A stretch of 64,000 bases of DNA, taken from the NCBI GenBank assembly GCA_964252035.1, contig OZ176210.1. One strand, 5' to 3'. This DNA is from Podarcis erhardii. Lineage: Eukaryota. Made by a program: the position numbers and the translations under genes. Each line of letters opens with the position of its first letter. Positions within the stretch are counted from its first letter, which is position 1. Below are positions 23,996 through 34,944 of this stretch, in pieces. Below the pieces are notes generated by a model that was not told the origin of the DNA, ran no database searches, and was given only the letters and a program-made list of their open reading frames with translations.

Positions 23996-24348
23996 TATTG
24001 AAGTAATGAATGGTTCCTTTAGTGCTATAGCTGATAATTAAGGAGAATATGCCTCACATATTATGAAACATTGTGCAGCTTGAAGCAAAAGGTGGATAAT
24101 ATGCAATACACAATATGATCCAATTTGCAAGCTCAATAGAAAGGGCATGTGTAAAATTAGGCCACAACTCAGCACAATGTTCATTATGGTACAAAAGTAT
24201 TGCACTTAACGTTGTCTCTAGCAAATCAACAGAATATCAAGTTAGAACTACTGTATTTAAAAAAGACCCATCCTATTTCTGCCCACCCTGTTAACTAGCT
24301 AGACTTTTGTACTTCTGTACTTCTAAACTTTTGTCCTTTTGGTTTTAG

Positions 24349-24525
24349 CTTTATCTTCAGGCCAGAATGAAAGGCGATTGGGCAAGACTTGTGCGTCCTA
24401 CGGCTCAGTTCGGTCTTATTGCAGCATCCATCTACGTGGGCCTCTCCCGTATTTCTGATTACAAACATCATTGGAGTGATGTGTTGACCGGACTTATCCA
24501 GGGAGCACTGGTAGCTATACTTATT
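24349..24525 (+). CDS. PLPP1: PLPP1 coding exon 5, C3 catalytic motif
   Basis: ttttag|CTT TAT CTT CAG...CTT ATT|gtaagt; 177 nt, phase 0/0; [59 protein letters not shown] contains SRxxDxxHHxxD. Confidence 0.97.
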
Positions 24526-25802
24526 GTAAGTCCATGCAAAGTTACTCTACCATTTGAGCAATATAGCTTTCTGGCAAAACTACTTTTGCTGAGACTTAAT
24601 GATGAAATGGGGTGGAGGGAGGATGCCTGCACACTCCTGATGAGTTCAGTGCTGGCTTCCTGTAGTTTCCATGGGACAGTGGTGAGATGGGGGAAAGGTA
24701 GTATCTTCACTACTCCCAGGGTCAACGTTTCTTTTTCCACTCCTCCTTTAGAAACCATGATGTACGGGTGGGTTAGGGTACATCTATCTTCCCAAAACTA
24801 TTTACAAAAGTGAAAGACTTTCCAATTGGGACTAGCATGCATAGATTATTGGCAGTTGCCCCACTTCCCTTTCTGACAACAAAGAGGAAAGAAGCCTGAA
24901 GTGCCTTTAAACATGCTGCAGAAGTTAGGCATTAGGACTGGGCAATATGTGGTTTTCAACATCATGTTATATCAGCATATCTCAGCTGCTGCTTCCTCCC
25001 CACCTTAGGGGATGAAGACTCAACTGAGATACATTGCCTAGAGTGCTGGGTGCCTCTGTGTGTATGGAGGCTTGATCAGCTGTGGGGTGGGCAGCCTCCT
25101 GCCCATCCCTCAGCTGATTAAGCACCCACCTTCCAGCTCACGTGAACCAGAGGCAGCCCTGCGGATGACGTGTGAAAGGCAGGCAATTTGAGCTAGTCGA
25201 TACCTGTTTTCCAACACTGTAATATACCACCAACTAAACTTCCTGATACAGTGGTATATTATGATGTTGGAAAGGAGGATTGGGGGAAGAAGTCCTGGCT
25301 CCACTTGTGCTAAGGCAGCCCTGTGAACACTTGCCTTGGCAAGAGGTAGCCCACCCACACCCCTGTGCAAAGGCGGTTCAGACGCACAGCTTCTTTAAAC
25401 TGCTCTGCTGATGGAGCGCACAGCTGAGACCCCACTCTGGCTTGTGGGGGAGGTTTAAGGAAACCTGCTTCGCAGCCCAATAAGCCATCCGCCTCCAGAG
25501 TGTGGAGCAGTTTTAAAAAACTATGTGCTGTATGGTGTGGCAGAGGGACTCAGGAGCAGTGGCTGCTTCACCTGCAATATACCACCAGGTGAAGCTACCA
25601 TTGTGCTGTGGCCCAACCACCACAATGTATTGCCAGCTCAAAATGTCTGAAACCGGTATGGCAATCTGATTGCCATACCAGTTTCAGACAATTTATTGGT
25701 ATACTGCCCAGACCTATTAGGCATATTTAAAGAATCATTTTGGTGTACTGTCTCTCTCCGACAGCTGTCTCACTGCCTAATGTGTTCAATTTGTTTATCC
25801 AG

Positions 25803-25934
25803 GTTGTGTATGTATCTGATTTCTTCAAAGACAGAGGTCGTACGTTTAAACAGAAGGAGGAAGAAGATTCACACACAACCTTACACGAGACACCTACCAG
25901 TGGAAATCACTATGGCAGTAATCACCAGCCATGA
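25803..25934 (+). CDS. PLPP1: PLPP1 last coding exon 6
   Basis: tttatccag|GTT GTG TAT...CAG CCA TGA; [43 protein letters not shown]; this C-terminus is PLPP1-type rather than PLPP2/3. Confidence 0.96.
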   Translation, partial: VVYVSDFFKDRGRTFKQKEEEDSHTTLHETPTSGNHYGSNHQP

Positions 25935-26013
25935 TAAAGTCAACAGCTATTACCCTGTGGAATCTCCCCTTCTATAAAAAGAAAACGTCAAGCATTTCTG
26001 ACCTATGTAAAGA

Positions 26014-26024
26014 AATAAATTAAA
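26014..26024 (+). terminator. Candidate PLPP1 poly(A) signals (overlapping AATAAA and ATTAAA)
   Basis: AATAAA 26014-26019 and ATTAAA 26019-26024, about 80 nt after the PLPP1 stop; usage not provable from sequence. Confidence 0.45.
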
Positions 26025-26368
26025 TGCCTCTTGAAGGGACTGCTGCTGCTATACTTCTTGGATGCTCACTTTACATGTATATAGTAACACTTAGGTAGCT
26101 AAACTTTAAATCTCTATTGGTTCAAGCTTTTGCTTTAAACACACAGTATTCTGGCTGTTTTTTTTAATTAAAAATAATGTGGTAACACTTATGTACAAAC
26201 AGCAATGGTATGTAATATGCTTGCTAGCATGAGGCTTATGGTGAAATACATACAAGAATGTTAAGCATCGCTCCTGCTTGGGAAGGATTGGCAGATTCTG
26301 TCGATAACTTTACAATTCTGCCTCTGAAGAATAATTAGTGATGTTCAAACGCCGTGCCAGGACAATAC

Positions 26369-26421
26369 TTATAGGTAAAGACTTGCAGCAAATACAATAT
26401 CTCTCTTGATTTTGGTAATGC
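26369..26421 (-). CDS. MTREX: MTREX exon 27 (last coding exon)
   Basis: ccttaacag|GC ATT ACC...CTA TAA; (G)ITKIKRDIVFAASLYL*, the conserved Mtr4 C-terminus. Confidence 0.97.
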
Positions 26422-26786
26422 CTGTTAAGGGAAGAAAATAATATGATATCATAAGAGTAGCTGTACCTATTGCTGATACTAGCAACAGGGGATACATTAA
26501 CAATGCACCTGAGTTGAAGCTCGGTATCAATTTCAAATTGAGTATCATTTCCCCAGTTTCCATCTCAAATGTGTGTATAACTAGTTTGAGGGGGCTGTGG
26601 AGACATCAAGGGCTTTCCAGTTATCTGCTCCATGAAAGAACTGGATCACAGCAGATAAAAGGATACATGGAACCTACCATTAATACATTGGGGACACTCT
26701 GACTTGTTTAAGAAATTTAAAATTGCCTGTGAAAAGATTCTACATTTCAAGATGCATGCAATTTATAAGAAGCTGAACATACAGAC

Positions 26787-26891
26787 CTTCTGCAAATTTG
26801 TTTTCCAGTTCTGTGTTTCCAATGGCCTTTGCTGCTTGACACATCTGTCGAAGCAATTCTTCTAGCCGCCTCATACAGCGTATTATGCTCC
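26787..26891 (-). CDS. MTREX: MTREX exon 26
   Basis: cag|GG AGC...GAA G|gtctgt; 105 nt; GSIIRCMRRLEELLRQMCQAAKAIGNTELENKFAE. Confidence 0.96.
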
Positions 26892-28751
26892 CTGCATGGG
26901 CAAAAAAGGGCTTGCAGTAAAAGCAGACATTTTCTAATAAGGAATAGCAGATCGTTTTCTACCAGGTAGTTGTAAAGCTGTCTACTCAAGCAGGACTGAA
27001 ACATCTCAGTCCTATAGTTTTCCCCAAACAGATAATCATAAGGTCATGAATATTAATTTTCCCAACTTGTGTTATCAGAAAGGATGGGTTCCAACTAACG
27101 TTATCACCTATAAGTCAACCTAAGGCAATGGTTTTAACTTATTCTTCTTGCACAGGCTTCTCATTGCAGCTCTCAGGCTACCCCATCATAAGAAGCAGGG
27201 TACCAAGCTTCCTTCTTCCTAACCTCCTGCATATTTTTGTAGTGTGTACATGAAGGAAATGAATGGCTTCATTTCAAAGATTATGGGATACATTTAGATA
27301 CATGGTGGAGCAGGTATAAGGTGTGGAAATCTATAGGCTAGGAATGTGTTTTCTTCTCACTTTGTAAGTTAAAAAGAAATGAAATCGAAGTTTTATCAGC
27401 CAGTCTCAGCAAGAGATTAAATTTAATCATTTGATTCCGGATCCAGCAACTCTAGTAAAAAGCCACCTGGAGTCAATTACCAAAAAGACAGAAGTCTGAG
27501 CCAAAAGAAGCTGGGATATATCCTTCAAGGTTTGCTGCATGCTGTATTCTGAGCAAACCATCACTTTGGTTATATAGACTGACTTCTCTTACAGGGCTCA
27601 TTATGAAAATGCAACCAAGAACACTTTTACATCCACAGAAGCATTTTTGTATGGTTAAAACAGAGGATGTGTGTATGGAGTAAAGGACATTTAAATATAC
27701 TCCATCTGCCTTTCTGCTAGACATACTGAACTATATGAACTTTCTACTTTCCAGTCTCTCAACCACAACATGATGTACATGGCCACTGAAATTTCACTTA
27801 AGATGGACTTTGTCATGACAAAGAGAAAAAGTGCCTTTCTCTCAGTATTTACTCCTTCTTCTGTTAAAGGGATTGCTTATCTGCCATATGGAAACAAGAA
27901 TGTGCCATTTACTCTGCGTTTGCAAAAATGGGTGTGATGGTGGTTTGGGGTTATGCTACTATGGTCAGTGCCTTGTCTGTGTTTTATATAATTTCTACCC
28001 TACCAATGAAAATTGCTACTGTGGGCAGCTTACAAAGCTTAATTATCCCACCCTGCCCGATGCTGCATGTCAAACTTGGCCCGTCTCCAGCTAGCAGCAA
28101 AAAGTTCACTTATTGGGCAAGACTTACTGCTACTACCTATCTGCATGGGAAAGGAGGGTGGGGGACATTTTTATATGGCATTTGCAAATGCAACCATCCA
28201 CAGAATTGATTGCCTGCTTCACTGCAACCAAATAAATTGTGTATATGACACAAGTGACTTCAAGCCCCTCTTATTCTTTACCCCCAATAACATTTCCGCT
28301 GCGTCCAAAGTGATGACTGCTACAGCACACAATCCATGCCATCATTGCAAAGATAGCAGAAATGGCTAGTGGCTGGGAAGCAATCGAAGCACCTGGGGCA
28401 AGGTGCAACAACAACTTCTCATCCTCCCTCTTGTACCAACCACACAAGGTTAAAAGACAGTTTCAATCCTATGCATAGTTAACATTTGAGTAGGCTTCAC
28501 TGAATTCAATGGAACCAAGGATCAGGCTGTGCACACTGAGAGATACAGAACACAAGGGACACACTGGGGAGAAAGAGAAAAAAGAATAGGAGCAGAAAGC
28601 ATGCCATGGGGAGGAGAGACAGGAGAGAAAGATTCTCCCACAGGCTGCTGATTAGGCGGCCTCAGTGGAGGGGACTGTTGTCATGCAAACAACTGTACTA
28701 TCCTACCATCCCACACCTCGGATGCGTTAGTAGTAATACAAGTGCACGTAC

Positions 28752-28914
28752 CTTCAAAGACATCTGTCATTTTGCATATGTGAGCAAACGTTGCTCCATT
28801 GGCCCACGTGTGCACGACATCCATCAAGTTGGGCCTAAACGAATTCAGGTAGTTTTCCTCGTCAATTTCCAATTTAGCTTCTGCCGACACTTTAGCGATT
28901 CTTTTTGCACATTC
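28752..28914 (-). CDS. MTREX: MTREX exon 25
   Basis: ctctttaaag|GAA TGT...GAA G|gtacgt; 163 nt; ECAKRIAKVSAEAK...KMTDVFE. Confidence 0.95.
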
Positions 28915-29473
28915 CTTTAAAGAGGATTTTGAAAATTCGAGACAAACCAAATGAAAGTTATCTTCCTGAAATACGCACGCCAGACAATTGACTGTTAACA
29001 AGCTGAGATTATTATTTTCAGCGGCAGCAGCGCTAGATTTATATGGCCCGCTTGTTCTGTAGGTAGCTTACAAAAGAACAAGAAAATGCAATGTTCAAAA
29101 ACAAGATTAAAAACATTTATGATAAGGGAAAATACAACTGACAAGGAGCTCAATTTGAAAAATAAAACAACTTGCACAGAAAGCTAAGACTCTGTTGACA
29201 CATTAGTTGTATAAAAAGCCTGGAGAAATAACAAAGGTCTGGTGCTAAAAAGACCATAGAGCCAGGAGAGCTGCTCCATGAACTTCCCAGTCAGGGTGCC
29301 ATGGGCAAGAAGCTGCACTTCCTAGCAGCCACCCACTTCACCTCATTTCCCAGGGCCACCTAGACCAAGGTCTCTGTCAAGTAACTTAAGGCCCATGCAG
29401 GTACATGAAGAGAAATAATAATAATATTAATAAGAAGAAGAAGAAGAAGAAGAGGAGGAGGAGGAGGAGGAGG

Positions 29474-29707
29474 AGTTTGGATTTGATATCTCGCCTTTCA
29501 CTCCCTTTAAGGAGTCTCAAAGCGGCTAACATTCTCCTTTCCCTTCCTCCCCCACAACAAACACTCTGTGAGGTGAGTGGGGCTGAGAGACTTCAAAGAA
29601 GTGTGACTAGCCAAGGTCACCCAGCAGCTGCATGTGGAGGAGCGGGGACGCGAACCCGGTTCCCCAGATTACGAGTCCACCGCTCTTAACCACTACACCA
29701 CACTGGC
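29474..29707 (-). mobile_element. tRNA-head CORE-type SINE with L2-like tail (Squam3-like, lacertid type)
   Basis: Minus strand gccagtgtggtgtagtggttaagagc...gggttcg (A and B boxes), CORE-like gggtgaccttggctagtcac, L2-like end tgttagccgc...gatatcaaatcc; simple-repeat tail at 29413-29473; family name from recall. Confidence 0.8.
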
Positions 29708-30516
29708 ACACTGATTGTGCTGCCTCATACATACCTGCTTCACTCCTCCCTTCAAACAAGTAAGCAAGCCAGGAACACATCAGATAGTGATCATTTTCCT
29801 TTACATCTAAACCAGGAAGCTATGACTAATGGCATCCAAACAAGTCAGGACATTAAGACAAATTTAAACCACCTTGGTTTGTTCATTTATCATACCTTCC
29901 AGTTTGGATGTAATAGGAAACTATAGTTAACTGGAGATTTCCTGGCTCCTGATGAGAGGAGCAGAGCAGCTGCGTGTGAGATGTATGAGGGATAATTGTC
30001 TTGCAACATTTATAGACTGATTTCTGATTAAAAATCTCCAAGATACAAAGCAGTATCTTGGTTTGTTAATCTAAATGCAGCCACTGAGGAAGTGGAGACT
30101 GCCAGGCAGATGTCTTCATGGGCCTTCATAAGTAAACACAGAAGAAAATGCTAGTTTAACAGGCTCATGTAGCTCACTGGTATGCAAAAACCATATTGGC
30201 TAAAATATTCCAAAAGCCCTCCCCTCACCCTCAAGCTATCTTAATGGTGTTAAAATTTAAAGACAAACTTTAAAAGATATCAAGAAAGATTTTGGATTAT
30301 ATCATCCCAAACACCCCATAAAATTTAATTTTTAAATGTACCAAGCTAGCACGATGTGTAGGCATGTCAAGAGTTGTGCCGGTGCAATATCTCAAATATG
30401 GTGTACGTTTAGGTTGTAGAGCAGGAAAGGGAAGGTAACTGACTTTTAATGGCTTGTAAAACCATTTAGTAATGAATGCGGCATTTCCTATGCCAGAAAA
30501 ATCTGCTGAAGTTTAC

Positions 30517-30573
30517 CTGCATTTGGCGAAGGGGGCCTGCCAACTGTTCTGTTAGTTTGGGCATTTCACTAGA
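30517..30573 (-). CDS. MTREX: MTREX exon 24
   Basis: ttttcag|TCT...CAG|gtaaac; 57 nt; SSEMPKLTEQLAGPLRQMQ. Confidence 0.95.
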
Positions 30574-31069
30574 CTGAAAAAAAAGATGAAGAAAGCATCA
30601 ATATCCATTCATTTGGCATTATTTAAATTAATTTATAATTTTTTCTCTAAAGACCACAAGTTATGTAGCTGGTGCACAAAGTCTGAAACAAGCAGAGAAC
30701 GTGTGGGATCAAATGCGTGGTGGATTGTGCTCATCAATCCTTTAACACTCCTAAGAAAGCTTCTTTTACAGAAAATAGACCAATAATAAGAGTAGTGCCA
30801 AACTTCAGTCCAGAATATAGGCCTCTGGACTTCTTTTCAGTGAAACATTATCCCAATGCCAATATATTACAACACATCAACTTGGAACAAAAATAAACTT
30901 TGAGATTACCACTGAACCACAGAATTTCAAAAATGCTCTTTAGATATTTGACATAGGAGCCAGTGATTACAAATAATTTATCACTGAAAAATGCAACTGA
31001 ATGACGAGGGGAAAGAAATACTGAACACTGGCCATGCAAAATTAGAACAGCCTTCACCCTTCACCTTCC

Positions 31070-31800
31070 TCTTCTATGCAGCCTGCTAAGCAGTTGGCCC
31101 CTTATCTCTCTCGCCCTGACCTAGCCACTGTGATCCATGCGACGGTCACCTCCAGACTGGATTATTGTAACTTGCTCTACGTGGGGCTGCCCTTGAGACT
31201 GACCCAGAAACTCCAGCGGGTGCAGAATGCCGCGGCGAGACTCCTTATGGGGTCTTCGCTGCGAGATCACATTCATCCGGTACTATACCAGCTGCACTGG
31301 CTCCCGGTGGAGTACAGGATCAGGTTTAAGGTGCTGATTTTAACCTTTAAAGCCCTATACGGCCTAGGACCCTCGTACCTACGGGACCGCCTCTCCTGGT
31401 ATGCCCCACAGAGAAACCTACGGTCTGCAAATAATAACATCCTCAAGGTCCCAGGCCTCAGAGAGGTTAGGCTGGCCTCAACTAGAGCCAGGGCCTTCTC
31501 GGCTACGGCTCCAATCTGGTGGAACGCTCTGTCACAAGAGACTAGGGCCCTGCGGGACCTGACATCTTTCCGCAGGGCCTGCAAGACAGAGTTGTTCCAC
31601 TAGGCCTTTGGTCAGGGCGCAGCCTGACTCCCTCCTCTGGCAACCTGCACAGAATCTTGCTTAATCGGTTGCCATTAATTTGATTTTAATTAATTTTCAT
31701 AATGAAATATTTTTAGAATGTGTGATTATTTGATTGTTTGATTATTTGATTATTGTTAGCCGCCCTGAGCCCGGCTTCGGCTGAGGAGGGCGGGATATAA
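31070..31800 (+). mobile_element. L2 LINE 3' fragment with intact ORF2 C-terminal frame
   Basis: ORF 31076-31603: VIHATVTSRLDYCN...KLQRVQNAAARLL...LHWLPV...RIRFKVL, typical of L2-clade ORF2 downstream of the RT domain; then 3'UTR, stem-loop end and ATT tail. Confidence 0.9.
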
Positions 31801-31803
31801 ATA

Positions 31804-31804
<1 letters not shown>

Positions 31805-31861
<57 letters not shown>
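31805..31861. repeat. (ATT)n tail of the L2 element
   Basis: Uninterrupted ATT run directly after the L2 terminus. Confidence 0.95.
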
Positions 31862-31862
<1 letters not shown>

Positions 31863-32771
31863 CCTCCGTACCTGCTCCAGATGATTAGGGGACCCCTCCA
31901 GAGCAGATTCTGGGGGGTGCGTAGGGGGCTGGAGTGGGAGGAGAGGAAAGCGAAGTCACACACTGAGAGGAGGTCCACCTGCACAACAGTGGATTCCACC
32001 TAAGTTTCTGATACTTATTTATTTTCTGATAAATTTGTGAGTTTCTAAGTTTCTGATACTTATTTTTCATTTCCGCCTGTCAGAGAAATGTCTTTTTCCT
32101 CTCTACTGAATATATGCAATAAACTTTGGGTGTTTCATGTGCACACCCACTTCCGCTTATGTTCTTCAGAGGGGCAGGGGCTCCTCTGGCAGCAATATGG
32201 GATGCAATGCAGGACAACACAGCTGTAGGGTGGGGGGGGAGAACAAAAACCAGAAACTTCTTTGTGAATGACCAGAACAGCTTTCTTCTCATGTGTGAAA
32301 CTTTCTGGATCCTGACCAATGACACTTTTGGAATGCACTTTATAATATAGGAAAATTAAAATAAAAAAGCTAGGAAAATTGAAATAAAAACAACCGAGTT
32401 TTTAAAAATTCATTTTGAGACAAGGAACTCAGTAGAAGGAGATGCCTTGATTGTTGTGGGTGCCATTTAAACTCCTTTTTTCTCTGTTCTGGTTCTGCCT
32501 GCTTGACTGTCTGTTTCCAGCTTCCTCTGGTGTTACTTATCAGGAGAAAATCTCAACCCAGGACTCTCTTGCCCTCCCTGCATGGTAGTGTCTGATCCTG
32601 CATGTACCCTGCCCATTTTTTTTAGCTTGAATCTAGGATTGTATATTAGTTTTACAAATGCTTTTTAGCCCCCTTTTCTGACTAGAAAGCAAGGTAGAAC
32701 GAAACATTCATTTAGATATAAATTACGGCTGATCAAATTTAGGTTTTTCTGGTTATGCAAACTTAACTTAC

Positions 32772-32877
32772 ATTTTCTTGAAATACAAAGCAGCTTAGTA
32801 AAGCAGTTGCTTGTTCTGCAGATAAGTCATTGAAAAGTCCATTGAACATCATTTCCGTCAGCAACAGCTCATCAGCA
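32772..32877 (-). CDS. MTREX: MTREX exon 23
   Basis: ttccag|T GCT GAT...AAT|gtaagt; 106 nt; [35 protein letters not shown]. Confidence 0.96.
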
Positions 32878-33675
32878 CTGGAAGAGGAAATGCAATCAAC
32901 AATGTTAGATATTTCTTCGTCCTTTTATACATTTGAAAGCAATTTTCTGGAAAACTGATCAGTAGCTTCTGTTCAAAAGGCAGAAGAATTAATAATAAAG
33001 ACTTTAAAGCCAGAAAGTTCCCTTCCACTACCAATGAGAAAAAGAGAGGGAGCAAGCAAGCAAGCAAGTGAAGTATCTGGATGTCGTCATAACTTTTACA
33101 GATGGCATACCAAAAAACTACAGGGGTCCTGAGAAACAAAATTTGGAAACAAAGGTCAAGATGGATTAGCATGTCATGTAGTGTTCAGAAGCTGAAAGTG
33201 GACTTGCTGGAGGAGATTAAGCAAGAAGAACAGAATCCACACTGCACTTTGGTGCCAGAACTATGGGGGTGAGGGTTTTGGCTTGCCAGATGGATTGATC
33301 CCCGCTTGCCTCCTCCCATGTGCTCTTCTGGAGATCTACCCAGCCACCCAGTCAACATCTGGGGGGTGTTTGGGGGAAGAGGAAGGGGCCAGTGCACGAG
33401 CAGAAGCCCTGGTGCAGGGCCTCCACTAATAACTCACCAGCTGAATCCTGCCCAGCGTATTTTATGAGACTGAAGGGAATAAACAAACTTGGCTAAGCAT
33501 GTTTATTTGGAGAGAAAGAACAAAATTTAAAAAGGACCATATACCAAGCGTCCAAAAAATTTTCTATGCTCCAATGGTTATTATTACAAATTCACAACAT
33601 ATATTGGGTTAATTCTGCCAAGCTAAACCAAGACACCTCTGATTTTCAGATGTAACATTAGCAAGTTAATATACA

Positions 33676-33818
33676 ATCATAGAATGATAGAGCTGGAGGG
33701 GACCCAGAGGGCCATCTAGTCCCACCCCCTGCAATGTAGGAATCTCAGTGAAAGCATCCATGACAGATGGACACCCAAGCTCATCTTAAGAACCTCCAAG
33801 GAAAGAGAGTCCACCTCC
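33676..33818 (-). mobile_element. CR1 3' end fragment
   Basis: atcatagaatgatagagctggaggggacccagagggccatctagttcccaccccctgcaatg is the reverse complement of the CR1 tail seen at 11117. Confidence 0.7.
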
Positions 33819-34532
33819 TGTAATGGAACACTCTGCAGAATCTAAACAATGAACACAAAGAAGTAGCATAAAGTTCCAGATTTCACATTCTTGTTCTGGG
33901 TTTGCAGCTTTGTTGTTACCAATTAATAGTGCTGAATATTCAAAATATGTTAAGGTGTTGCTATCAGAGAGTGAGTGCCACTCCTAGATGATTTACACAA
34001 ACACCATACTATTTGTTTTATAAACTAATATAGGGATCTAAAGAGTAGATACCATGTATCTTTGACATCATATTTCAAAGTGGGATCCAGACAGTGGTTT
34101 GAGGTATGCTCACAAACTGGGCCCACCCAGTACAATTTTTGACTTTACTTCCTCTGAGCAGGAGATACCCAGTGCCACCCTGATAAATGGTGGGGTAAAA
34201 GTATTTCAAATAAACTGCTTCTGAAAGGACCTGCAATTTCCAAAGTAGTTTGCTTAAGTGGCTATGTGGGGGCTGCTGTTTAGAAGAACACAAACCAAAG
34301 CCCTGCTGGGTTCATGGCGTTCTCTGGATCCCAGCCTCACTGTGCTTTTCTGTCATTTAAATTTACTGTGTGTTTCACTTTCAATAACCTAGGATCACTT
34401 CAATACTGCCCCCCCATATGTTTTAACATGAGATTTCTCCTTAGTGTCAGAATGTCCCACTGTATTACACAGAGGGAAATTGCATACAAACATCTGTTTG
34501 CCTGTCTTTTCTACAACAGTAACATATGTTAC

Positions 34533-34696
34533 CTGCTGATTTCACAAGCGACTCGGCCTTTCATCTCTATGACGTCCGAGGAGGTTGCAAAACCCAACCT
34601 TCTCAAAACACGTTTACGACACTTGAGCTCATCCATTTGTAAAACAGTCCTGGCTTTCTTCAGTTCTCGTTTTGCTGCTTTAATGTCTACAGCGAT
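34533..34696 (-). CDS. MTREX: MTREX exon 22
   Basis: cttcag|ATC GCT...AGC AG|gtaaca; 164 nt; [54 protein letters not shown]. Confidence 0.96.
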
Positions 34697-34944
34697 CTGA
34701 AGTTAATCACAAGCAAAGAGGTGTTACGAGAAATCAGGCATTAAGACACTTTTGACCCTGCCTCCTGGAAAAAAAACCCAAAGTTTTATTGTGAATGTAG
34801 AACTTCAATCTCCACAGGCCACATATCCACCCATACATCTGCGAAGCAAAGGGAGAAACAGATTTGTGAGCAAGAAAACAAAAAAAGTTAAGAATTTTCT
34901 ATGGCAATAATGCATTACTATCTATCTATGCATTACTTAACTAT

